Shown in pieces: positions 1-8,258 of a DNA stretch of 60,231 bases. Location of the stretch: contig JBKPMH010000050.1 in the NCBI GenBank assembly GCA_046732035.1, forward strand, positions 1-60,231, given 5' to 3'. The DNA is from Verrucomicrobiota bacterium (lineage in GTDB: Bacteria > Verrucomicrobiota > Verrucomicrobiia > Chthoniobacterales > UBA10450). Below the pieces are notes generated by a model. The model was not told the origin of the DNA. It worked only from the letters and a program-made list of their open reading frames with translations, and made no database searches. The stretch's first letter is position 1. Every line of letters starts with the position of its first letter. The translations under genes and the position numbers were made by a program.

Positions 1-186
1 AAAATTCATAGTGAGACGGCGCACGGCGCAATCAATTTGGAATGGCACGCGCGCAGCAACACGCTGATCTGCCGTGTCGTGACAAAGCTTGGCAACAAGC
101 CGAACTCAATCATCGGCGCATTTGTGGATTATTTGCTCGCACGGCATCAAAGCCGCATCCTGTCGATTCATATAATGCGGCGTTGA
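1..186 (+). CDS. C-terminal fragment of an unidentified protein (gene truncated by window start)
   Basis: Frame +1 is open from base 1 to TGA at 184-186 (...[27 protein letters not shown]). It is absent from the ORF track because no start codon lies in the window. No family recognised. Confidence 0.3.
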   Translation, partial: KIHSETAHGAINLEWHARSNTLICRVVTKLGNKPNSIIGAFVDYLLARHQSRILSIHIMRR

Positions 187-198
187 TTTGAATCATTC

Positions 199-272
199 CG
201 GAGCCTACGGGGCTCGAACCCGCAACCTCCGCCGTGACAGGGCGGCGCTCTAACCAATTGAGCTAAGGCTCC
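199..272 (-). tRNA. tRNA-Asp (anticodon GTC)
   Basis: The reverse complement folds as a cloverleaf: acceptor GGAGCCT/AGGCTCC, D arm GCTC-AATTGGTTA-GAGC, anticodon arm CCGCC-CTGTCAC-GGCGG, T arm GCGGG-TTCGAGC-CCCGT, discriminator G. CCA is not encoded. Confidence 0.9.
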
Positions 273-758
273 AGTAAAGCGAAACTGTAACGGCGCCCCT
301 CTGCAGTCGCAACTGTTCCGACCATGGGGCAGAAGTTTTTTCAGGATCTGCTGATTGGTGATGTGTTTGCCCGAACTTTCGTGCGCGACAGAGACGTCCA
401 GCATGGATCAGTTTCTGCAAATAGTGAGAGACCATCGGGCTTCAACTCGCAACTCTCCGCGGTGGCCCAGCGACCCTAAGCATTGAGTAAAGGCTCCCCC
501 CTGAATGAAACCGTAGAGCCGCTTTTTCCAGTCGCGTGAATGCGACATCGACCTAAAAACATTATCGATGAAAACCTACACTGCATCCGGGGTTTATATC
601 CTTGGATGGATAGTATTTGGGCAGCTTCCGGCCCTGTGATGGTTGAACATTTCATGTGCGAGCAGCGTCGAACTTGCGAAAACTTCGAGCGAAGATTGCG
701 GATGCTGCTAATGAACGCTATAGTGAAATACGGTTCGGCGGATTGACCCAAACCATAA

Positions 759-2444
759 ATGAGTGACGAGCGCAGCGAGGGACTTCAGGGCGAGGTTGGG
801 GACTCGGGTCCGGACAGTCTCCTGGATTCATTTGATCAAATCATTGCGTCATTGCCTCCCGGCGATCCGATTCGACGTGATCTGCTGGAATTGCGCCCCG
901 AAATTTCCGACCAACAGGAGACGATGGTCGAAGCGCGCCGAATGATCGAGAAACTTGAGGAAGTGGTCAAAAAGGTCACTTCGCCTGCGAACCGCATTGG
1001 CACGTTTCTCGGAGCCACTTCGAAAGAAACGGCCCACATCGTTGTAGGGGGCGCCGACTATTATTGCAACGTCGATCCACGCATCCCTCTCACGAAACTA
1101 AAAAAGGGAACCCGCGTCCTGGTAAACGAGGCATTCGTTATCGTTGGCGATCTGGGATTTGAAACCGCCGGTCCGGTCACAAAAATCACCGAAGTCCTGG
1201 GCAAAGACCGGCTGCGCGTCGGTTCGGAGCACGGCTTACAATCGATGGTGTTACAGCGCTCCGCTGATCTCGCGGACTCCACCCTGAAATCAGGCGATGA
1301 AGTCCGTGTTGACTCAAACTACCGCATGGCCTTGGAGACGCTTTCCAGCACTGAATCTCACGAACATTACCTGGATGATGTACCGGAGTTGCCATGGGAA
1401 AGAGTCGGCGGGCAGGAAACAGCGCTGCAGGCGATCAAGGACGCCATCGAACTTCCACTGTTGCACGCGGACCTTTTTCAAAAATTTCAACATGCTACAC
1501 CCAAGGGATTTCTGCTTTACGGTCCACCCGGTTGCGGAAAGACGCTGATCGGTAAGGCCACCGCTTACAATTTGACCAAGCAGCTTCGTGAGAAAACCGG
1601 CGCGGACATGCAGGAATATTTCATGCACGTCAAAGGTCCTGAGATTCTCAATATGTGGGTGGGCGAATCGGAACGAATGGTTCGGGAAATTTTTGCCACG
1701 GCTCGCGAGAAGCGCGGTGAGGGGTTCATGCCGTTTCTTTTCATCGACGAGGCCGAATCGATTCTGGGCACGCGCCGGGCATCGCGTCACTCGAACATTC
1801 TTTCGACGCTGGTCCCGATGTTTTGCTCGGAGATGGACGGCATCGATTCACTCAACGACGTGGTTATTATCCTGGCTTCCAATCGCGCCGACCTGATCGA
1901 CCCGGCAATTTTGCGCCCAGGCCGAATCGATCGAAAAATAAAGGTTAGCCGGCCAGATAAAGAAGGCGCGCGTGAAATCTACCGGATCTATCTGACGGAC
2001 GAGCTTCCTTATGATGGTGTACTCGGCAAGGAAGCCGATGGGCTGGGGGCATCCATTGAACATTTAATCGAGCGCTTTGTGGATTGGCAGTTTACCCGCC
2101 GCGACGAGAACAAATTTTTGGAAGTGACGTTGCGCAGCGGACGCAAGGAAACACTTTACCGCAGCGATCTTATCAGTGGAGCGATCATTGCCTCAATCGT
2201 GGAGCGGGCAAAAGCGATGGCGATTAAACGAGCCATCGCCACCGAACAGGAACAAGGAATTCGGGAAACGGACCTGCAGTTGGCCTTCAATGCGGAGTAC
2301 ATGGAGAACGATATTTTCCCAACAACCGACATTACCGAGGATTGGCTAAAGCTGATTGATTATGATCCCGAAAACGTCGTAAAGATTTCGCCCGTTAGAC
2401 CGGTCTCCGATGCGCGAGCACGGGCAATCTCTGGTGTGATCTGA
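759..2444 (+). CDS. mpa: Mpa/ARC-like AAA+ ATPase (proteasome-associated ATPase family)
   Basis: 561 aa. Short N-terminal coiled coil (ETMVEARRMIEKLEEVVKKV), OB-like middle region, Walker A GPPGCGKT, Walker B FLFIDEAES, and SNRADLIDPAILRPGRIDRKI. A Dop-like gene follows directly. The C-terminus is ...AISGVI, with no GQYL/HbYX tail. Confidence 0.85.
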   Translation: MSDERSEGLQGEVGDSGPDSLLDSFDQIIASLPPGDPIRRDLLELRPEISDQQETMVEARRMIEKLEEVVKKVTSPANRIGTFLGATSKETAHIVVGGADYYCNVDPRIPLTKLKKGTRVLVNEAFVIVGDLGFETAGPVTKITEVLGKDRLRVGSEHGLQSMVLQRSADLADSTLKSGDEVRVDSNYRMALETLSSTESHEHYLDDVPELPWERVGGQETALQAIKDAIELPLLHADLFQKFQHATPKGFLLYGPPGCGKTLIGKATAYNLTKQLREKTGADMQEYFMHVKGPEILNMWVGESERMVREIFATAREKRGEGFMPFLFIDEAESILGTRRASRHSNILSTLVPMFCSEMDGIDSLNDVVIILASNRADLIDPAILRPGRIDRKIKVSRPDKEGAREIYRIYLTDELPYDGVLGKEADGLGASIEHLIERFVDWQFTRRDENKFLEVTLRSGRKETLYRSDLISGAIIASIVERAKAMAIKRAIATEQEQGIRETDLQLAFNAEYMENDIFPTTDITEDWLKLIDYDPENVVKISPVRPVSDARARAISGVI

Positions 2445-2533
2445 TCCGCGAAGGGAAAATGGCCACTGCGTCACATCGGTTTGGATTAACCTCTGTCCGT
2501 ATATTCACCGAGTGATATTGGGGAAAGCACGAT

Positions 2534-4057
2534 GTGATGAAACGCATCTTTGGATTGGAGACGGAATACGGCATCACGCTCGGCGGCGCGGAGACTGTTG
2601 ATGTCGTAGCCGAGTCGATCGAATTGGTCCGGCGTTACACTGAGAACGGTGCGCTGATGAAGTGGGATTACGACTTGGAAGACCCGCACCTGGATGCCCG
2701 GGGTTTTCGTGCTCGGGAATTGCTTCAGGATACCGATGAGTCGGCCTATTACGAGATCGATAAACGGCGCCCACTTAGCTTCGAGGAAATCAAAAGTGAC
2801 CTGGTGCTTTCAAATGGCGCACGTTTTTACAACGATCACGCGCATCCGGAATATTCTACGCCGGAGTGTACAACTCTTCAGCAGATCGTGGCACAAGACA
2901 AAGCAGGGGAACGCATTCTGGCCGAATGCGCGCGACGCAGAAACCAGAAGTTGCCCTCCGGATTTGAGGTTCGGCTTTACAAAAACAACACAGACTTTGC
3001 CGGGCATAGTTACGGTTGTCATGACAATTATCTGATGAGACGCGACGTGCCATGGGATCAAATCGTCGCTGGAATGCTGCCCTTTCTCATTACTCGCCAA
3101 ATCTTTGCAGGGGCTGGCAAGATGGGCATCGAGGCTGAAAGTGCGCAAAGCGAGTCCGGCGTTTTTCAGATTTCGCAGCGTGCCGATTTCTTCAGTGTGG
3201 TTGTGAGCATCGATACAATGAATCGGCGACCCCTGATCAATACACGCGATGAGCCTCACGTGGACGCAAGCCGTTATCGCCGGTTTCACGTTATTCTGGG
3301 CGACTCAAATATGAGCGAATGGGCAACCGCAATGAAGATCGGGACGACAGCGCTAATGCTGGACCTGATTGAGCGCGGAGAAGCGCCCGAGCTTGAGATC
3401 GCACAACCGGTTGATGCAAATAAATCAATCAGCCGCGATCAGACTTACGATTGGATCATCGAACTGAAGGACGGCCGCAAGATCTCTGCGATCGACGTGC
3501 AACGGATCTATTTACGTGCTGCGAGCAAACTCGACGATCGCGAGAGCGAAGATTACAGATGGATACTGCACGAGTGGGAGAACGTGCTCAATGATCTTGA
3601 ACGAGACGTGATGTCGACGCGGGATCGAATCGACTGGTCGGCAAAGAAGTTCTTGCTGGATGCGTTACAGGTGGACGAAAAACTGTCCTGGACTGATCCC
3701 TGGCTGCAATCCATCGATCTTGAATATCACAATCTCGATCTCGATCACGGGCTATACTATGAGCTCCTGCGCAAAGGTTTGATGCGCCGTATCACGAACG
3801 AGGAGGAAATTAAGGCAGCCATCTTTAATCCTCCAGAAACAACGCGGGCGTTTTTTCGGGGCCGCGCCGTGGCGCGTTTCAATGATGAGATTTCGTCCAT
3901 TCAGTGGGATGAAATCGTCTTCACAAACCAGGCTAATTCATTTCGCGTTGCGCTGCCGGAAGCGGCAATGAATGCGCGCCTGGACGCGCTGAATCTCGCC
4001 GCACGCAACGGCAAGGATTTTTCGGAGTTCCTGAACGCCATCGTGCAGATAAACTAG
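2534..4057 (+). CDS. dop: Pup-ligase/deamidase family protein, Dop-like
   Basis: 507 aa. N-terminus MMKRIFGLETEYG and NGARFYNDHAHPEYSTPEC...GHSYGCHDNY match the Dop/PafA fold signature. A roughly 40-aa insert sits before NGARFYNDH at the Dop-loop position. Confidence 0.8.
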   Translation: MMKRIFGLETEYGITLGGAETVDVVAESIELVRRYTENGALMKWDYDLEDPHLDARGFRARELLQDTDESAYYEIDKRRPLSFEEIKSDLVLSNGARFYNDHAHPEYSTPECTTLQQIVAQDKAGERILAECARRRNQKLPSGFEVRLYKNNTDFAGHSYGCHDNYLMRRDVPWDQIVAGMLPFLITRQIFAGAGKMGIEAESAQSESGVFQISQRADFFSVVVSIDTMNRRPLINTRDEPHVDASRYRRFHVILGDSNMSEWATAMKIGTTALMLDLIERGEAPELEIAQPVDANKSISRDQTYDWIIELKDGRKISAIDVQRIYLRAASKLDDRESEDYRWILHEWENVLNDLERDVMSTRDRIDWSAKKFLLDALQVDEKLSWTDPWLQSIDLEYHNLDLDHGLYYELLRKGLMRRITNEEEIKAAIFNPPETTRAFFRGRAVARFNDEISSIQWDEIVFTNQANSFRVALPEAAMNARLDALNLAARNGKDFSEFLNAIVQIN

Positions 4058-4060
4058 CTC

Positions 4061-4082
4061 GCGCAGAAACCTGGATCTGCGC
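4061..4082 (+). terminator. Hairpin immediately after the dop-like stop (possible terminator)
   Basis: GCGCAGA-aacctgga-TCTGCGC, a 7-bp perfect stem 4 nt after the TAG. No clear T-run follows. Confidence 0.3.
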
Positions 4083-4150
4083 CGGGACTCCCTCTGCCAT
4101 GGCGCGGCAGTCGAAGATCGATGCGGCTGACGCGAACCGCGACAAACAAT

Positions 4151-4579
4151 TCAGTGGATCGGCGGTGCGTTCTGCGCGATCACGAAAGTCGAGGCAGGCT
4201 GCGGACTGTACGTCTCTGGGTAATAAACCTCGCAACCGAAGCGAATGTCTAACACGGCGGCGTTACTAGGCGTATTGGGGACAGTCCAATCAAAATACCT
4301 CATGTCCGGACCGACCGGTGAAATGCAGGTCGAGAACGTTCTGCCTCCATCTAGCGACAGCCAGATCTCCATCTCGCATCGATGCAAGTTTCTCATGTCA
4401 GGGAACGCGGCCGTCCATTCGACCCTCACGTGCTGTCCGGGATAAAGAACTTGTCCAAGGCGCGGTGAAACCAGCTTTGCAGAATAGCCTTGTTTTTGGC
4501 TGCTCTGAGCACTTAGTTCCGCAGGAACGAAAGCAAATGCCATCAGCAACATTGTTACAATCAATCCAGGGATTTTCAT
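4151..4579 (-). CDS. Secreted hypothetical protein (small beta-sandwich-like)
   Basis: 142 aa. Sec signal peptide MKIPGLIVTMLLMAFAFVPAELSAQ. Clean ORF convergent with the dop-like gene. Confidence 0.6.
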   Translation of the reverse strand: MKIPGLIVTMLLMAFAFVPAELSAQSSQKQGYSAKLVSPRLGQVLYPGQHVRVEWTAAFPDMRNLHRCEMEIWLSLDGGRTFSTCISPVGPDMRYFDWTVPNTPSNAAVLDIRFGCEVYYPETYSPQPASTFVIAQNAPPIH

Positions 4580-4696
4580 TTGGGGTACCTCCGTTCAATG
4601 AGGATGCACACCGGACGAAGGTCGGTGTCAACGATTTTTTCAAATTTTTTGCTCGCGTGTAGGATGGCGTACTACACACTAAATCCTACAACAAGC

Positions 4697-6316
4697 TTAC
4701 TCCCACTCAATCGTGCTCGGCGGTTTGCTTGAGATGTCGTAACAAACTCTGTTGACGCCTTTCACTTCGTTACTGATTCGGCTCGAGATACGCGCCAGCA
4801 ATTCGTAGGGAAGTCGCACCCAGTCAGCAGTCATGCCGTCCTGACTTTCGACAATACGAAGCACGATCGTGTTTTCGTAGGTGCGTTGATCGCCCATTAC
4901 ACCGACCGATTGCACTGGAAGTAAAACGGCAAATGACTGCCACACTTTGTAATACCACTCAGCTGCTTCCATCTCGCTCTGCACGATTGTGTCCGCTTCG
5001 CGAAGAATCGACAAACGTTCGAGCGTGACTTCTCCAAGAATGCGAACCGCGAGACCAGGACCCGGAAAAGGCTGGCGGTATACAATTTCTTTCGGCAAAC
5101 CGAGCTGCATTCCTGCCTGACGAACTTCGTCTTTAAACAATTGGCGCAGCGGTTCGACCAATTCGAAATGCATTTTCTCAGGTAGTCCTCCAACATTGTG
5201 ATGACTTTTGATCACTTGCGCGGGATTGCCCTGGATCGAAACGCTTTCAATGACATCCGGATAAAGCGTACCTTGCGCTAAAAACTTGTAACCACCGTGT
5301 CCGCCACCGGACCGACTCGCCGTGGCGAGCTTTCGCTCACCGTTTTCTCGGTCTTGCTCCAGCAGTTCTTCGGTCGCGTGTTGAAAGACTTTGATAAATT
5401 CATTGCCGATCAGTTTTCGTTTTTTTTCGGGATCGGTTACTCCCATAAGTAGCTCCAGAAAACGATCACTGGCATCCACGTATTTTAAGCGCACGTGAAA
5501 ATTCTCACCAAAAACGCGCTGCACGACTTCTTCCTCACGCGCGCGGAGCAGCCCATTATTGACAAAAATGCAGGTCAACTGGTCGCCGATCGCCTTGTGC
5601 AGGAGCGCAGCGGTGACAGAAGAATCAACCCCGCCGCTCAAACCGAGCACGACCTTTTGATCGCCAACTTGTTTTCTGACACGGGCGCAGGCCTCGTCAA
5701 TGAATGATCCCATGGTCCAGTCCATCGCGCAGTGGCAGATGTGAAACAGGAAATTTTGAAGAATCTCTCTGCCGCGCGGCGTGTGTGCGACTTCGGGATG
5801 GAATTGCAATCCATATAGCTTGCGTTGTGGATCCTCCACCGCGGCGAAACTGCAACCTTCAGTGATTCCGGCGATGCGAAAGCCTTGCGGCAACGCTGTC
5901 ACCTCGTCACCGTGACTGTTCCAAACGTCGAGCTGCTCGCCCAATCCCCCCAGGAGTTCCGAGCCGTTCTTAACATGCAGCACCCCCGCGCCATACTCGC
6001 GTCGGCCGGTAAAAACGACACGCCCCCCGAGATGATGCGCGATCAGCATCAGTCCGTAACAAATTCCCAGCACAGGTACGCCTAACGAAAAGATGTTCGG
6101 ATCGATTTGTGGGGCGCCTTTATCGTAGACACTCGCGGGTCCGCCCGAAAGGATCAGCCCATTCGGGTTCAAAGCGGCAATTTCAGCGGCAGGCGTGTCA
6201 AAACCGACAATCTCTGAATACACCTGGCACTCACGGATTCGCCGCGCTATGACCTGCGTGTACTGCGACCCGAAATCGAGAATGAGAATCTTTGAGTGCG
6301 TTGATTTATCGGCCAT
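4697..6316 (-). CDS. guaA: GMP synthase (glutamine-hydrolysing)
   Basis: [20 protein letters not shown], GATase GICYG, PP-loop SGGVDSS, C-terminal ...STIEWE. Start chosen at [14 protein letters not shown] (ATG 6316). The longer ORF to 6394 would overlap the upstream lipoprotein gene. Confidence 0.95.
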   Translation of the reverse strand: MADKSTHSKILILDFGSQYTQVIARRIRECQVYSEIVGFDTPAAEIAALNPNGLILSGGPASVYDKGAPQIDPNIFSLGVPVLGICYGLMLIAHHLGGRVVFTGRREYGAGVLHVKNGSELLGGLGEQLDVWNSHGDEVTALPQGFRIAGITEGCSFAAVEDPQRKLYGLQFHPEVAHTPRGREILQNFLFHICHCAMDWTMGSFIDEACARVRKQVGDQKVVLGLSGGVDSSVTAALLHKAIGDQLTCIFVNNGLLRAREEEVVQRVFGENFHVRLKYVDASDRFLELLMGVTDPEKKRKLIGNEFIKVFQHATEELLEQDRENGERKLATASRSGGGHGGYKFLAQGTLYPDVIESVSIQGNPAQVIKSHHNVGGLPEKMHFELVEPLRQLFKDEVRQAGMQLGLPKEIVYRQPFPGPGLAVRILGEVTLERLSILREADTIVQSEMEAAEWYYKVWQSFAVLLPVQSVGVMGDQRTYENTIVLRIVESQDGMTADWVRLPYELLARISSRISNEVKGVNRVCYDISSKPPSTIEWE

Positions 6317-6326
6317 CTTGAACGCG

Positions 6327-6524
6327 CTACGGATGAGTTTGGGGGACACCATGCTCTGCGGCAGGGTCGCCAGGAGGCCGCTCCAATGGGCCAAGAGTTC
6401 CCTGGCCGGTCACGCCGCGTTCAAACTGCCCCTGAACTTCTTGCGTGCTACGTTGCTCAAGAGGGTCGGCGCAGCCATTCAGAGCCAGGCATGCGATCGC
6501 GAGCAAGATCGACATGCGTTTCAT
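6327..6524 (-). CDS. Small putative lipoprotein
   Basis: 65 aa. [18 protein letters not shown] looks like a signal peptide plus a lipobox-like Cys. It fits exactly between the guaA start and the divergent aat gene. Confidence 0.45.
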   Translation of the reverse strand: MKRMSILLAIACLALNGCADPLEQRSTQEVQGQFERGVTGQGTLGPLERPPGDPAAEHGVPQTHP

Positions 6525-6646
6525 CTGCGTATTTTATGAATGCTGTGCGCTATTGCAATTGTGGATTGCTGGATGACCCCAAGTACTCGTTAGAGCAGTC
6601 GATCCGTTTCATGTGTTAATACTTTAATCTTTAACTCGGCCCGGCC

Positions 6647-7213
6647 ATGATCGATTCGGAGCTTTTGCTACAGGGTTATCGCCTCGGTGTTTTCCCCATG
6701 GCCATGGAGGACGACTCGATTCAATGGTTTTCGCCAGATCCACGAGCAATTTTGCCGTTGGAAGATTTTCATGTGCCACACGCGCTGCGGCGCGTTATGC
6801 GAAAAAGCGTGTTCGAAACGACCATGAATAACGCATTTTCGAAAGTCATCGAACAATGTGCGAAACGGGCAGACACGTGGATCAATCCTGAAATCATTGA
6901 AAGCTACACGCGGCTGCATGAGCTCGGCTGCGCGCATTCCGTAGAAGCTTGGAAAGAAGGCACACTGGCCGGGGGACTTTACGGCGTAGCCGTCGGCGGC
7001 GCTTTCTTTGGCGAATCAATGTTCCACCGGGTCACGGATGCATCGAAGATCGCGTTGGTCGCGCTGGTAAAACATTTACGGACCCAAAAATTCGCGTTGC
7101 TTGACACGCAATGGCTCACTCCGCATCTGCAACAATTTGGCGGCATCGAAATTTCACGCGACCATTACCTCCGGCTACTGCGTAGAGCAGTGGAATTGCC
7201 GCGCCGGTTTTGA
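6647..7213 (+). CDS. aat: Leucyl/phenylalanyl-tRNA--protein transferase
   Basis: 188 aa. LLQGYRLGVFPM, WFSPDPRAILPL, GGLYGVAVGGAFFGESMFH. Confidence 0.9.
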   Translation: MIDSELLLQGYRLGVFPMAMEDDSIQWFSPDPRAILPLEDFHVPHALRRVMRKSVFETTMNNAFSKVIEQCAKRADTWINPEIIESYTRLHELGCAHSVEAWKEGTLAGGLYGVAVGGAFFGESMFHRVTDASKIALVALVKHLRTQKFALLDTQWLTPHLQQFGGIEISRDHYLRLLRRAVELPRRF

Positions 7214-7294
7214 CTTGTGCATTGAGCGTTGGGCGATTTCTGCTTTAGTAAGCAGCCCGCTCATCAGCGAGGGGTCCGAGAAACATTTGCAAAG

Positions 7295-7367
7295 GGCTGG
7301 GTAGCTCAGTTGGCAGAGCAGTGGACTGAAAATCCACGTGTCGCCGGTTCGATTCCGGCCCCAGCCA
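7295..7367 (+). tRNA. tRNA-Phe (anticodon GAA)
   Basis: GGCTGGG-TA-GCTC-AGTTGGCA-GAGC-A-GTGGA-CTGAAAA-TCCAC-GTGTC-GCCGG-TTCGATT-CCGGC-CCCAGCC-A. Perfect cloverleaf. CCA is not encoded. Confidence 0.93.
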
Positions 7368-7385
7368 CGCCTTGTCTGAGGAACT

Positions 7386-8147
7386 ATGCAGAGCCATTCA
7401 ATCAAGTACGACTGGAAAGATGCAGGGGAGGAATGGTCGGAGCCCTGGGGCAGTTCCGCCGCGCAATGGTCCGGCACCATTTTCCCGCGTATTCAAAATT
7501 GCCTGCCAACCGGTACGATCTTGGAGATTGCGCCCGGATTTGGACGGTGGACGCATTATCTGAAGGATTACTGCCAGGAACTATGGGCCATTGACGCCTC
7601 CGACGAATGTATCCAGGCGTGTCGTCGGCGTTTCGCGGCGGATTCGCATGTGCGCTGTGAGCTGAATGATGGTCGCTCGTTATCGATGGTTCCTGATGCT
7701 TCGGTGAATTTCGTTTTCAGTTTTGATTCGTTCGTGCATTTGCGGCGCGAACTTGTCGAGGCGTACCTGCGCGAGATGCGAAGGACATTAAAGCTCGGCG
7801 GCAAAGGATTCATTCATCATTCCAATCTCAACGCGTATGCCGACTCATTACCGCAGCGCTTCCCGCAACCGATACGTAAATTTCTTCGCAAGGTAAAGAT
7901 CCTGGACTGGGAACATCACCGCAATCCAACGATGAGCGCTAAGATTTTTCGCTCCTTGTGCTCGCAAGCTGGGTTGCACTGCGTCAGTCAGGAATTGATC
8001 AACTGGCGCGGCAGACGCCTAATCGATTGTTTGTCATTTTTTGTGCGAACCGATTCAATCCCGCAGAATGCTACGAAAATAGTTCGAAATCCTCATTTCA
8101 TGCGCGAAGCGGCGCAAGTTCGGCGGCAGTCGCGACCGCAACGCTAA
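7386..8147 (+). CDS. Class I SAM-dependent methyltransferase
   Basis: 253 aa. Motif I-like ILEIAPGFGRWT, then WAIDASDECI and LKLGGKGFIH. Confidence 0.7.
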   Translation: MQSHSIKYDWKDAGEEWSEPWGSSAAQWSGTIFPRIQNCLPTGTILEIAPGFGRWTHYLKDYCQELWAIDASDECIQACRRRFAADSHVRCELNDGRSLSMVPDASVNFVFSFDSFVHLRRELVEAYLREMRRTLKLGGKGFIHHSNLNAYADSLPQRFPQPIRKFLRKVKILDWEHHRNPTMSAKIFRSLCSQAGLHCVSQELINWRGRRLIDCLSFFVRTDSIPQNATKIVRNPHFMREAAQVRRQSRPQR

Positions 8148-8258
8148 GGGAATGATGCGGGTTGTGCCTCCGTGTGCGTACACCGGGATCATCAAGCCCG
8201 GCGAATCGCAGAACAAGGTCGTTGACGTGATCGACTTTCTCTGATTCAACATCGCGGC

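Noticed and set aside
540-746. 68-aa ORF upstream of the mpa-like gene, examined as a possible Pup/UBact modifier
   Set aside because: It ends ...IVKYGSAD rather than in Gly-Gln/Glu. It is rich in Cys/Trp/His/Met rather than acidic and disordered. It has no ribosome-binding site, and an equally long antisense ORF (476..751) covers the same DNA, which is typical of non-coding sequence.
2445-2533. Spacer between the mpa-like and dop-like genes, where a pup-type gene might sit
   Set aside because: It is only 89 nt. The sole ATG frame is 10 codons (MATASHRFGL*), too short for any known ubiquitin-like modifier.
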